NCBI GenBank assembly: GCA_013265495.1
Contig: MU061579.1
Span: forward strand, 3,159,319 to 3,223,318
Direction: 5' to 3'
Source of the DNA: Vicugna vicugna
Taxonomy: Eukaryota
Length of the DNA: 64,000 bases
The notes beneath the pieces were generated by a model. It was not told the DNA's origin. It made no database searches and worked only from the letters and a program-made list of their open reading frames with translations. This document shows positions 40,553-52,559 of the stretch, piece by piece; within the stretch, counting starts at the first letter, position 1, and the number at the start of each line of letters is the position of its first letter. Both the position numbers and the translations under genes were made by a program.

Positions 40553-41519
40553 ATTTTGTTATTATAATCAACTTTATTATCGTCAGCAAGGGATGGCAAG
40601 CAAATAAGTGAGAAGGCACTCTTTCCAAACGCAGATGTGACAGTAAATTGAGTAGCTCCTATAGTTGTTGTAATTATTATTCTATATAAACATCTTTTGT
40701 GTCTTTTTTGCAATTGACTGTATCCTTTGACTGAGGTATTGCTTCAAAGAGTTAACTATTATCCAGTATTTCCTTTGATAGCTAAGATTTTCATTTATTT
40801 ATAATTTTCTTTCAAATTTTGGAACATGTATTATAGAAAATTATTTTCTTCAATGTGCAAAATTGGCTTCTTGTAATGAAGACTGTTTACTTGTAATGGT
40901 TTCTGGGTATTTTGTGATTTGGCTGCTAATCTAATACAGCAGAAGAATGATCTTTTGTACGAATCTGCTTTCTCAGTAGCAGTTTCCCCAAAGGCCAAGA
41001 TGGAGGTTTGATTGAAAGAATGATCTGTATTTTCATTTTGCATAAGGGCTACCCCTAGAACCTTGATTTGTTCTGATATAACTGTTTGGGGTAAAAATAA
41101 CAACACGTCAAAATATATTGGAAGAAATATGCCATTTACTTTGATACAGTTTTTTTTTTTTCACAACCATTAGCTTGGAGAGCTATTTTCTAGTTTCTGT
41201 GTATTATGTGTTGTGTAAGCTAAACATTTTAGCAGGTTAAAACTGATGAAGCAGATAATATATTTTTAAAGTTTAGAAGTTCTCAAAAATATTGTAAATT
41301 TTAAATATAAAAATATGACACCAGTCTTTCAATGCTGGGTTATTCACCAATGTTTATCTCTATTCCTGTTGCTATGGTAGTTTCTAGGTATCCAAGGATA
41401 TTAAAAGCATCGTCTCTAATCTTGTGAATTAACAAGATATGCACATGACGTTTTCTCTTTCACCATATTGTACCTTTCCATTTGGCCAACATATATACAT
41501 ACACATGTCCAAACAGAAA

Positions 41520-41735
41520 CATTAATAGGCTTTGAAGTTAAAACATAATTTTTGAGTCCTGGTTAGAATTTTAACTTGTATTTTCTTTGGCAAATTCTTA
41601 AGTTTTCTGAGTTTCAAATTGCTCATCTGTATGATGAAGATAAAAAAACTTATTTATTAGTTTGCTCTAAGATTTCAGGAAGAGAGTCAATGAAGACAAA
41701 TTACCTAGAACCATGAAAGACATAATAGGATCAAA
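41520..41735 (+). mobile_element. MIR SINE
   Basis: GGCTTTGAAGTTA...TTGGCAAATTCTTAAGTTTTCTGAGTTTCAAATTGCTCATCTGTATGATGAAGATAA. Confidence 0.65.
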
Positions 41736-41984
41736 AATATAAATGTTTCCTTCTCAAAGTCAATTGAATATAATTTAATTTTAATATAATATATGCTTTC
41801 CTGATTATTATCTCCTAATTATTTTAATCTATTTTTCTGATTGTCCAGAGAGATTAAATATGTTGATATATGTATTGGATATTTAGATTTTTCCCTTCTG
41901 TGCATATCATTTCTTCCCATTTTCCTTTTTTTTTTCCCTCTGATCCTTTCATTGATTTATAGGCATTCCTTATAAGTTTTGGAC

Positions 41985-41990
41985 ACTTGA

Positions 41991-42021
<31 letters not shown>

Positions 42022-42480
42022 TGATTTTTTTCTTTTTTATAGAGCAGTTTTGTTTTAGGTTCAGAGCAAATTTAAAAAGAAAGTAGACAGAGTTCCTATA
42101 TATTTCTCTTCCCACTACATGCACAGCCTGCCCCATTATTAACATTTCCCACTAGAGTGGTGCATTTGCTATAACTGATGACACTGCATTGACATATAAT
42201 CACCCCAAATCCACATTTTACATTATGGTCACTTTTGGTGTTGTGCATTGTATCGAGGGGGACAAATGTATACAGACATGTATCCATCATTATGGCATCA
42301 TACTAAGTATTTCCACTGCCCCCGAGCCCTCTGAGCTTTACCTGTTCATCTCTGGCAGCAATGAATGAGTTCCTGCTCCCCATTCACACAAACAGCATTC
42401 AGTATTATTTTCAGGATTCTGGGTTTGGGTCATTCTAATAAATGCATAGTGGTACCTCCTTGTTGTTTTGATTTGCTTTT
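41985..42480 (-). mobile_element. L1MC1/2-like 3' end with (TTTTG)n tail, internally deleted
   Basis: TAGAGCAGTTTT...TAGGTTCAGAGCAAATT...CATGCACAGCCTGCCCCATTATTAACAT...; jumps near 42355 to antisense ORF2-end text CAGCAATGAATGAG...CATTCTAATAAATGCATAGTGGTA. Confidence 0.8.
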
Positions 42481-42810
42481 TATATTGCTTAAATACATTT
42501 ATATCTTCAGAGATGATAAAAATATCCATAAGAGAGGACCAATTTTTCAGGAATTCAAAGAATCTACACTTTTTCTGTCACAGAATTGTTATTTGAATTG
42601 GGCTTCATTTTCATCATCTAGAAAATGCAGAGTTTGAACCAGATGGCTCCCAGAATTCTAAATCATGCATAGAGAAAATACTGTTTTCTGAAATATTAGA
42701 GAAATTACAATCTTTATAAAATATTTTTAATTTCAACAGACATCTCCACCTCCTTTACCAGAGTTATGCCCAGTCACATTTGTTTTTACATTGTGTATTA
42801 TGCCTTTCCC

Positions 42811-43167
42811 TTTTACAGAAACAACAGGCCAGCCAAGAAACAAGCACCACTCGGAGGTTTGGAGTACTCAGATGTATTACGCCGGCAGGCTCAGAGGGGC
42901 TTCTGCTCCGAAGCTCTGAGCACCTCCAAGACGTGCGCATGAGGTTTTATAGGGTAAAGTACAAGCTTGGGGTATTCAGCCAGTAGGCATGGAACAGCTT
43001 TAGCAGCATCATTATCACAAAAGTGGAACCAGCTGGCTAAAAACATAAACAGCAAACCAACACTAATTAACTTAGATTTACAAGTTAGTCCAGCAGAACT
43101 CAGATCAGTATTCCAATACTTAGACTTGTGAGTTATCTTGTTAGCCCAGCCCAGCTTTTCCTTCACA
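42811..43167 (-). mobile_element. Short ERV solo LTR
   Basis: Minus strand starts TGTGAAGGAAAAGC, contains CCCTATAAAACC (TATA box) and a CpG-containing R/U5-like end (...GTTTCTGTAAAA); terminal CA and TSD not preserved. Confidence 0.65.
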
Positions 43168-43404
43168 GTAACTAATAATTATTGAATTCAGAATTATTGA
43201 AAGCTATTTGCAGTAGAAACCTTTAAAAGCAATCAGCTCCTTACTGATAAATATTTTTTTCAGAGTTAAGGTTATTCAGAGAAAAATTCAAAGTAAACCA
43301 CAGCTTTTAATTCTAGTACAATGACTAGTTGGCTGAAAATTTCTACATGTATTTTCCTTTGAAAGGGGGATTTTGTCCCTGATTTCAAAAACAGCACAGA
43401 GTGT

Positions 43405-43845
43405 GAAGGATGTGGCCTCTTCAAAAGACAGAATCTGAGACAGAAATTTGAGTGACGACAGTTTATAGGGAAGAACTAGAGGGACTGTAACTGTAAAATG
43501 TAACGGAAACAGGACTGGGCAGGTCAAAGAGTTGAACTGTAATTTGGTTCCAGCTGAAGCCCCGGCAGATCATATGGGAACTCTGGTCCTGAGATGGCCC
43601 TTCTGAGATGTTCTGAATTGGAAAAAGAGGAGCCAGACTTAACACGTCCTTTCATTGACCAGGTATTGAGTGAAGGCTGCCCCTGGGAAGTTCTTAACCT
43701 TAAGAAAGGCAGCTCCTCTGTGTTGACAGAAATTCCTGGAGGGGGACTCAGCTGTGAGCCATCAGCTGTCATATTTCACAGTCACTGGAGACATGACTCA
43801 GTCCTGAAGGACAATCTGAGCAGCATATCTATGATCCGAAGTGCA
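43405..43845 (-). mobile_element. ERVL LTR16-like solo LTR
   Basis: CAGAATCTGAGACAGAAATTTGAGTG...AACAGGACTGGGCAG...GAGATGGCCCTTCTGAGATGTTC...GGACTCAGCTGTGAGCCATCAGC. Confidence 0.75.
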
Positions 43846-43964
43846 TTAGTTGAGTCCATGCACTGATCAGATAGACAGCATTTTCTTGGTTTTGCTTACA
43901 CTATTATTCTTTTATATAAGATCTGTAAAAAAATCAATTGCTCTATCTCAGTACTATCTAAGGG

Positions 43965-44160
43965 TTTAAATTGTGGACAGACCAACCTGAATTCTAATCA
44001 TAGTTTTAGAGGTGAAAGCTTAGCCAAATGATTTAATTTTTCTAAGCCTCATTTGTGAAAATAAACTTTTATACCTTAAAATATTTTTGAGAGATTGAAG
44101 TAAGATGATGCGTGTTAAATTCAGCCCAGTGACTAGAAAGTAATGTGTACTCAATAAATG
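43965..44160 (+). mobile_element. MIR SINE
   Basis: GACAGACCAACCTGAATTCTAATC...TTTTCTAAGCCTCATTTGTGAAAAT...TACTCAATAAATG. Confidence 0.65.
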
Positions 44161-44234
44161 GTTTCCATAATAGAACATTATAAATTCAAGAAGGAAATTT
44201 ATAGAAACAGTTATAACATACAGTTTAATGGTAA

Positions 44235-44490
44235 TAATAATTATCACCTTTTTGCTGAGTATTCACTATATGCCTGGAACTATTCTAATTATTTTACACA
44301 TAATAATTAACTTATTCTCACAACAACCCTAAAGTGTAAATATTTCTGTTACTTCCATTATTCATCATTTGTAAACCTAGGCACAAAGGGGTGACAAGAT
44401 CTCACAGCTGGTAAGTGGTGAAGACAGGTCAAAACAGAGCCTGGCGAGCTCCAGAGCGTATAAGACAGTATAAGAGTAAGCAAATTCTTA
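44235..44490 (-). mobile_element. MIR SINE
   Basis: TTGCTGAGTATTCACTATATGCCTGGAACTATTCTAA...CTCACAACAACCCT...GATCTCACAGCTGGTAAGTGG. Confidence 0.75.
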
Positions 44491-45374
44491 CACTGTACAT
44501 TGAACTTGGTAGGGAACTTTATAAATTGGGAGGAGTTGATTTTGTGAACACAAAAACTTGACAAAAGTGCAGTGATGACTTCGGTCGGTTTAGCAAGAAA
44601 TCAGAGAAGAGACTGTAGAACATTTATGATACCACAACATTGCGAGTGCTGTAAACTAAGGATACACATGGATGGTACATCGGAGTGAAAAACCACACAG
44701 ATGATTAATTTACACCCAGACCTCTCCTGGTTACCAAGACTACAGATTCTTTTTTTATATGTGTATCTGGAGAAGCCATATGAAAATGTGTTTGTAGTCA
44801 CCTCTACCTCCCAGGTTATATGAATACTTTCCAAAGGATAAACATACACCCACAAATACTTTAATGGAATAAATGTCAAGATCCGTAACTTCCCCAAATA
44901 TTCGTTCTTCAGTTTGATTCACCCAAGTACACTCATGCCACTGGCTGACTCTTCCCCACCTCCTTGTTTACCATTGCCCTCTACCACCATTCCTAATCTT
45001 ACTGTGGGCCATTGTCTCTCAGTGAAAAAATCACCTTGTGGTATCAAACTAACGGAGGATTCTAAATGTTGGTATTGGTCTTATAAAGTACACGAGCCTA
45101 ATGACTCGGTAACAAATCCTTTAGTAACTCGTATGTCTGCGATTCTTCACTTTTGTCAAAATTAAAAGAGAACCTAGTCAGTTTACCAGCTGACAGATCA
45201 TAAAATAATTCCAAATGATAAGGCACCATGTGACTTTTATCTATAACTCAAAAGGAATTTAAAGGTTTTGCCATTTAGCAAGAACCAAATTATTTTATTT
45301 CATTTTAGTTTTATTTTATTTTTTCCCAAGATTCCTTTCTGACAAATTGTGATTGATCCAATATTTGAAAATTT

Positions 45375-45635
45375 ATTCTGGAGCCATACAGCTTGGGTTT
45401 GAATTCCAGCTTTACAATTACTAGATGTGACTCTGTAAAACTTCATGTAAAATATTTTACCCCTCTATGCCCTACTTTTCTCTTCTGTGAAATGGAGATA
45501 ATAATAGCACCCATCTTGTGGATTTGTTGTGAAAAATAAATAAGTTTGCATATCTGGAACATGCAAATTACTCTCTAGGACATACTAAACCTGAATAAAG
45601 GTTAACTACTTCTATTACCATTGTTATTATTACTA
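45375..45635 (+). mobile_element. MIR SINE
   Basis: CTGGAGCCATACAGCTTGGGTTTGAATTCCAGCT...TCTGTGAAATGGAGATAATAATAGCACC. Confidence 0.8.
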
Positions 45636-45868
45636 TAATTATTTGTAAACGTCAGGCTTGTAAGAGCTCCTTGCTTTGCAGAATTGCCTGAGAAAGATTA
45701 TGCTTGTCTTTGCATTAGTTTTATTCCCTTGAGGGAAAAGGTCATTGACACAATAACCTTCTTAAGGCATGGTCCTCCAAGAATGTCACTTTGTGTGACT
45801 TTAAAACATAGGAATTTTTAAGTAGGAAAACAATTATACATAATAACTATTAAACCAATGATCAAGGC

Positions 45869-46373
45869 TGTCGACTGAAATAAACACACAGCCTAAAAGT
45901 TGAGAGTTATATTTTATTAGGTGGACAATTCTGAGAACTCAGCCCAGGATGACAGCCTCTCAGATCACTCTGAGGGACTGCTCCGAAGAGGTAGAGGAGA
46001 AGCTAGGATATATAGATGTTTTACAACAGAGACCAGGTAGTTGGGACATTAAACGCTTACTTGTTAACTGAAGAAAACCAGGCATCTCAAGTTAAAGAAT
46101 TTAGCGCTTTTCTATGTAAGGGAGGAAGCAAACATTCGGGCTCGTTGAATTCATTCCTTTGACAAGCATCTAGCTATCCAGGGCCAGTATCCTGTCCTTT
46201 CTAATTCTGCATCCCCTCAGGGTGCACCATTGTGAGTGGCTGCAGAGGCTGGGCTGCAGGCTTGTATTCACCCGGGGCGGTGGGGGGGGGTGTGTGTGGC
46301 GGCAGCAGCTGATGACTTGATGGTTTCAGCATTCTTTGTTTACTGGTATGGCTTGCAGTATTTTTCATTCACA
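45869..46373 (-). mobile_element. ERV1-class solo LTR, left arm of the inverted pair
   Basis: Minus strand reads TGTGAATGAAAAAT...AGTCGACA (TG...CA termini); TATATA at 46009-46014; AATAAA (minus) at 45913-45918; roughly 90% identical by eye to the reverse complement of 46446-46934. Confidence 0.92.
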
Positions 46374-46445
46374 TAGATGAGTCAAAGAAAATAAAGAATA
46401 AGATTGCGAAAATCGTTTTAAAATTACTTGAATATTTGTTGGCCT

Positions 46446-46934
46446 TGTGAACGAAAAATATTGCAAGCCATACCCAGTAAACAAAGAATAATGCTGAAGC
46501 CATCAAGTCATCAGTGGCTATCGCCACCCTCCAGTGAAGACAGGCCTGCAGCCCAGCCTCTGTAGCCACTCACAATGGTGCACCCTGAGGGGACTCAGAA
46601 TAAGAAAGGACAGGATGCTGGCCCTGGATAGCTAGGGGCTTGTCAAAGGAATGAACTCAATGAGCCCAAATGTTTGCTTCCTCCCTTACAGAGAAAAGCG
46701 CTAAATTCTCTAACTTGAGATGCCTGCCTCTCTTTAGTTAACAAGTACGCTTTTAATGTTCCAACTACCTGGTCTCTGTTGTAAAACTCCTATATATCCT
46801 AGCTCCTCCCCTACTTCGTTGGAGCAGTCCCTCAGAGCGATCTGAGGCTGTCATCCTGGGCTGAGTTCTCAGAATTGTCCACCGAATAAAACATAACTCT
46901 CAACTTTCAGGTTGTGCATTTATTTTAGTCGACA
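46446..46934 (+). mobile_element. ERV1-class solo LTR, right arm of the inverted pair
   Basis: TGTGAACGAAAAAT...AGTCGACA; TATATA 46791-46796; AATAAA 46885-46890; same family as 45869-46373. Confidence 0.92.
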
Positions 46935-47330
46935 TCTAGGTGAAAAAGAACTGTTTTGTCAATAAATTATTTTTGGACTGAATTTAATGATGCAAAGGAT
47001 TATTCTTTAGGAACCAAGCTATTTTAACAGTTTAGCCAATTAAATGCACATTGAAGAGCATGGATGTATCCAAAGGCTTAGAGATGGAATAATAAGAGGA
47101 GTATAATTAAAGGAGAATCTGAAATGAATAAGTAATTAGATATTCACCAGGTAGGTCATGGATGTTGATAGTTGATGCATTATTACAGAACAAAATAAAG
47201 GCTATTTTGGTATTGGTGATCCACTCAGCAGTTATAATCCAACAGAGTCCATGTTTATGCAATCATGAAGTCCCTGAAGTCACTGGGGATTGATTACAAG
47301 GGGCATCCTGAACTCACTAAGCAGTACTAA

Positions 47331-47960
47331 TGAGACAGGATGGAAGGGGGCAGGGCACAGCCATTCAAGGAATGCTACAGCAATTAACATCAAAATGGTG
47401 AAAGATTCAACCCCCAGTAGGCCTTGAGGCTCAGGATGATGAGAGATTTAACTTCCAGCAGACCTTGAGCTTCATTATACACCCATTGTAATATATCAGC
47501 ATGGTGAATAACACACCCACAGGCACCATGGCAGTCTCAAGGCTAGCCAAAAAAGGTCGAAGAGTGGGAAATGGCCAACTTCCTGGGAATCCCAGCCCCT
47601 TTCCCAGGCTAGCTAGACTGGTCCTTCCACTTTTTAGCATATGAAGCCACCAAGCCCATAAAAACTAGCAACACGGCGCCTCCCAGCCGCCCCTCTCTCT
47701 CCCTCTTCGGAGACTGCCCGCAGTCTGTCTATGGAGTGTGTACCCACTTTTAATCTGAGCACATAACCTCCACACCTCGTGGCCTTTCTCTTGCCTTTCA
47801 ATGTATTTTTCTGAATAAATCTACCTTCATTTAACTGTGGCTAGCTCTTGAATTCTTTCCTGTGCAAAGCCAAGGACCCACACTTGGCGAGGCACATCCC
47901 AGGGGTTCAACCGAGACCTGGGACATGGCCCTTCTCATGCCCATCTGTTTTCCTGCATCA
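47331..47960 (+). mobile_element. ERV1-class solo LTR (different family)
   Basis: TGAGACAGG...CCTGCATCA termini; flanks CTAA (47327-47330) and CTTA (47961-47964) form a 4-bp TSD with one mismatch; CATAAAA TATA-like box near 47656 and AATAAA near 47814. Confidence 0.85.
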
Positions 47961-48163
47961 CTTAGAAAGTCCTTATGAGTTGTTTCCCTCCTATGTCTTT
48001 CGTGCTGTATGAGTGAAACCTCTAATAAATCACCTTTGAATGACTGTAATGACATTTCACAACAGGTTTAAAACAAATTTGCAACAAAAATACATGGGTA
48101 TGCTTTTGTCTTCATTCTGAATCCCATAGGTCTAAAGGATTATGCCTCAAAATGTCATACTTC

Positions 48164-48812
48164 TGTTAGCGCAGGCAGATAGCTAGATATGAGCAGAGAA
48201 AGGGGGACACAGACCAAATGGCAGGAATTGGGCAGAAAGGAGGGGCACAGGCCAAATGCAGGAAACCACACATCATATAAGCAGCAGGGATCCTTGGGTA
48301 GAGAAAGAAAAGCAGGAACCTTGGGGCTGATAAGGGATCATGCCTTTTGGGATGACAAGTGGCCTGGAGAACAAAGAAAGGTGAAAAAAGGCAGGAATTT
48401 CTAGTGTCTGAATGTAACCTTTTGCTCATTATGCCCTCATTTCAATAAAATTAGCCTTGCAGACCAGAAGTACGCATCATGCACTGACTCCGTGACACTT
48501 CCGATCCAGACTGAATAAGGACAAAAATCCCTCTCCCTCTGGGAAGGTGGAGTTGGGATGATAATCAGGGAATACGACACCAAACCCTTCCCTCCCCAGT
48601 GAATATTCCGCCCATTCATTGTTACACTCTATGTAGCTAATTTGCCAAAGAAACTCAGGGCAGCCGCTCACCTGAGCCTGCCCGCTCTCCCCCTGAGAGT
48701 GTATTATCCATCCTTTAATAAATCCTCACATTTTTAACCTCTAAGTCTTGTCTCTGAATTCTTTCTGGGATGGGACAAGAACCTGGAATACCGGTTGCAT
48801 CTATCAGCAACA
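48164..48812 (+). mobile_element. ERV1-class solo LTR, copy A
   Basis: TGTTAGCGC...CAGCAACA termini; perfect TSD CTTC at 48160-48163 and 48813-48816; AATAAA near 48717; full-length homologue at 58173-58827. Confidence 0.92.
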
Positions 48813-48887
48813 CTTCTAATGTCATTCCAAGGACTAAATAGAATATACTGCATGTGTGAAACTGTTTGCAGTGTTCAAGAAGCATAT

Positions 48888-48932
48888 TACACACACATGT
48901 ACACACACATACACACACACACACACACACCC
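48888..48932. repeat. Interrupted (CA)n microsatellite
   Basis: TACACACACATGTACACACACATACACACACACACACACACAC. Confidence 0.9.
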
Positions 48933-49694
48933 ACACCCTTTATTCCTTGGCTATCCTTTTCTTGTGAACCGCAATTTTAATTCAAAATAAATTTGTTTTT
49001 CCTTCAATCTGGTCAGTTGCTTAGAAAATGTTAATTTTCTGGTGAATATTCACTAAGCACATTGTTAATTTCATTTAACTATTTGGTAAGAACATTTTAC
49101 TGTGAATACTTGGATCCCCTTCCTTTAAAATATCATTTTATGTCATTGAACATTAGAACTCATAAAACTTTCAGCTTCCCCTGGGACTACAAAATAAATC
49201 TTGTTTGGATTAGTACCAGTTTCATTGAAATATTTAGTACATGTAAACTGATGAGATTTTTCAACTGGTAGAGATATCAAAACAAAATCTAATGAAACGC
49301 TGAACGGTTAGCCACCTGACTAAGGTTTTCTAATGGACTGTACTGGATCAATCTGGGCTTGGGTATTAACAGTAAAGTCATCCACCTGCAGAATTCATAT
49401 ACATTAATAACTGTAGAAGAAACCTGAGTAAAGTCCAGAACCCTTTCACAGGAAATCATATCCAAGGAAGAAAATACAATCAAATGCTACAGTTGCTATT
49501 TTGCTTGTGGAGCCTGAAACAAATATTTAAATAAAACTTTTAGCAAAGCCAGGAGTTGGCTGTTTTTTTTCCATTTCTTCTCTTGTTTCAACGTCTACAC
49601 TTCTTTGAATGTAGAATCTTGCCTTAGGCTAATACGAGCCTTCTTTTCAAAACCACACAAACTTAGAACCAAAACAAAAAGTTCTTCTTTTGTC

Positions 49695-49850
49695 TTAAAG
49701 CACCTGGAGAGTTTGCTAAAATGCACGTTCTTAGGAATCATGGGCAGATAGTATAATTTGTTTGATCTCAGGGGCAATCCAGAAATCGCTAATTTAAAAT
49801 TATTCCATCACAAGATTCTGAGATGGTTCATGTATCCTTTTTGATAAAAT
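49695..49850. mobile_element. MER5-family fragment
   Basis: CACCTGGAGAGTTTGCTAAAATGCACGTTC...CCAGAAATC...GATTCTGA. Confidence 0.55.
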
Positions 49851-50080
49851 AGGCTTCCAGACTAACAGACAATTGTTAAGGCACCTATACTACTTAGGGA
49901 TGTTTACCTCTAAAACTTAATAAAAAGCCTGGTATACAACAAATATTTGTTGATTGAATAAATAAATTCATTCACATCTAATCTTTAAAAATGCTATTGA
50001 TTGTTCCCAAAATGTAAACTCTAATATTTTCATAAAAGCCTTTGAGTCAGCCTTGAGAAAAATTATAAACAATGTATTCT

Positions 50081-50210
50081 TTCTCTCTTTTTTTTTTTTG
50101 CAGGAAGGTAACTACATTTATTTATCTTTTATTGGAGGTACTGGGGATTGAACCCAGGACTTCCTGCATGCTAGGCATGCACTCTGCCACTGAGCTATAC
50201 CCACCCCCTT
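50081..50210 (-). mobile_element. Camelid vic-1-type SINE (tRNA-Ala-derived)
   Basis: Minus strand GGGTATAGCTCAGTGGCAGAGTGCATGCCTAGCATGCAGGAAGTCCTGGGTTCAATCCCCAGTACCTCCA, tail and A-run; 11-bp TSD CAATGTATTCT at 50070-50080 and 50211-50221. Confidence 0.92.
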
Positions 50211-52559
50211 CAATGTATTCTCTTTAAAAACAACATCACTTTGTGATTCTTAATGTAGCATTAAACTTGGACTTGCTTATAGCTTCAGAAAGCTTGACAA
50301 TATGTACTCAGGCTGCAAATGATTGGTAGGTGGATGTTATGAAAAATTCCACCATAACAATCTCAAGGACAGAGGCAAAATCAATAAAGCAAAATTAGGA
50401 GGCTGAGATTTATATAGACTGGGAGTGTTTATGTCAACATTTTTGCAGGCAGAGATTTTTAAATGTCAAATAGCCATTCAAATGTGTAATGAGATAATCT
50501 AGACGACAAATTTTAATATTTGCTATCCTCCAAGGATACAATTTTCCAGCTTAATTTTTTTTCCCACCAATGACCTGAAAGATTTTAGCAATGAATTCAT
50601 AGCTAGAAAAAATAATTTTGTCTTGAGAGATTGAATTGTCATAGTAAGAAAGTAAAATATAAAAACTGTTAGGGGAAAAAGATGCTCTTCTCTGCAGGTT
50701 CATCCATCTGGACTATACTTCGTATTCCAGTGGCTGAATAAAATTGGTTTTCTTTGGCCACACATCCACAGCCAAAACTTGAGAAGGGCCACTGCTGGTG
50801 TCATATGACCTTTTCAATAAACAGGTCGTTAAAGCCTTAAAGGGAAACTGTCCATCCCATCTTCAACACGGTGGGCTTTAATCATAAGGTAAATATATTG
50901 AGGTTACAATTTAATTACAGGAGTCATACTAATTTGTTGGGAGAGAGGAGTTATGAAGTCAAATTAATACATGCAGTATCTATTCATTCAAAAATACACC
51001 AACAGTATGCTTTTTTGTCTTTTGTCCAGACAATGAGGGTAAGGTAATGATATCAGGCTGATAATGTAAAACACTACAAAAAAATCTGTCCAAATCTTTT
51101 AGATTATAAATAAAATGTGATATATTTTAACCTGAATAAAACTTAAATGTCTACTACCAAGTCAACAATTACCTGAACAAACAACTTCATTTATTTCACT
51201 CAGTTTCTAAGATCCCTATAGGTCTGCACTTACTTTTGTAGCCTACCTCCATCCACTGTATAATAGAGATCAGGGTAGAAAAAATAAGTATTATCAATGA
51301 TCACAAATAGGAAAAATAAATATCAGCATGGTTGTCACATTCTTTGTATTTTTGCCAGTCCTTAGCCAGATAAATAATTGCAAATATGTATATAAAAACC
51401 CAGTCACTTAATATGGCTACACATATATTTAAAACTAAAATATGTATGTCCCAATAGCAATAAACATTCTAATTCTCTAGCATCAGTTAGCGTGTTATGC
51501 CCTAGACCTATTTATTCATCTTTCTGTGCCAACTAAAGAATAAAAAACTCTTTGGACAATGACTACTTTTTATTTATCCCATTAGGAACTGTGATTTATT
51601 ACAACATGGTGTACACTTTATATTTTGGATGAATGTGTTTGTATTCTTATTCTCTTCTAAAATCATAGGTTTTAATACTTCAGCTATGTTTGCTTCTCTT
51701 TCCAATCACTAACTTAAAAAAATTATATCAATTATGGAATATACCTAGACAAACATGAACTGTATTATTTGTGTTAAAAAAACTTTCTAAATGTTGCATT
51801 ATGCCTAATTAAAATTAATAAGAAGAATCAGAAGCAGGAATATTCTAAACATTGTGCACCTGCTTCCAAACTACAGTGTAAATCACGAAGTAGAAATATT
51901 TTACATCATCTCTGTCCTCAAAATGAAAGTTTTACATAACTGTATTTTATCTTTTCAGTTATAATTCTAGCAGAAACTGTGGCCTCTGCTGAGTGTGGCT
52001 TTTGAATTCACCCAGGCTCAGCTGGATTCAGTCCTAGTAACCTGGGAGAAACTAGCACTTCAAATAAATAAAAGAAACTAAATTTTCATTTAAACTCACT
52101 TGTGTGGACAGAAACTGCTTTTCTCTCTGTTAAGCAAAAATTTCTACGATTTGACAGGTATATCTCCCAGAGCCTCAGATACTTCAAAGATTTCTTACAA
52201 CTTAAGGGACATTTGAAAAATTTTGATGTGAATATCAGAATATTTGATTTCATAAATGTCTGTTCATATCACTTATGTAAATATCTTAGAGTGTTTGTTC
52301 TGCTGTTGAAAACAGCAAAATATGCAAATTATAAACATTAAAGCTGAACTATGGAATGTGTACATGATAAGTCATTCATTTTAAAAATAAAAATCAAAAG
52401 AAATTTTGGATAAGATAAAAACAAACTAAAATAAAGTATATAAAGTAACTAAACAATTTCACATTATCTAATATAAAAATAAGCTTATATGTAATTTATA
52501 AATACAGGAATGGCAGGATATTGAAAAAAATGAAGAGCCTCTGCAGAAAATTCTCTCTG

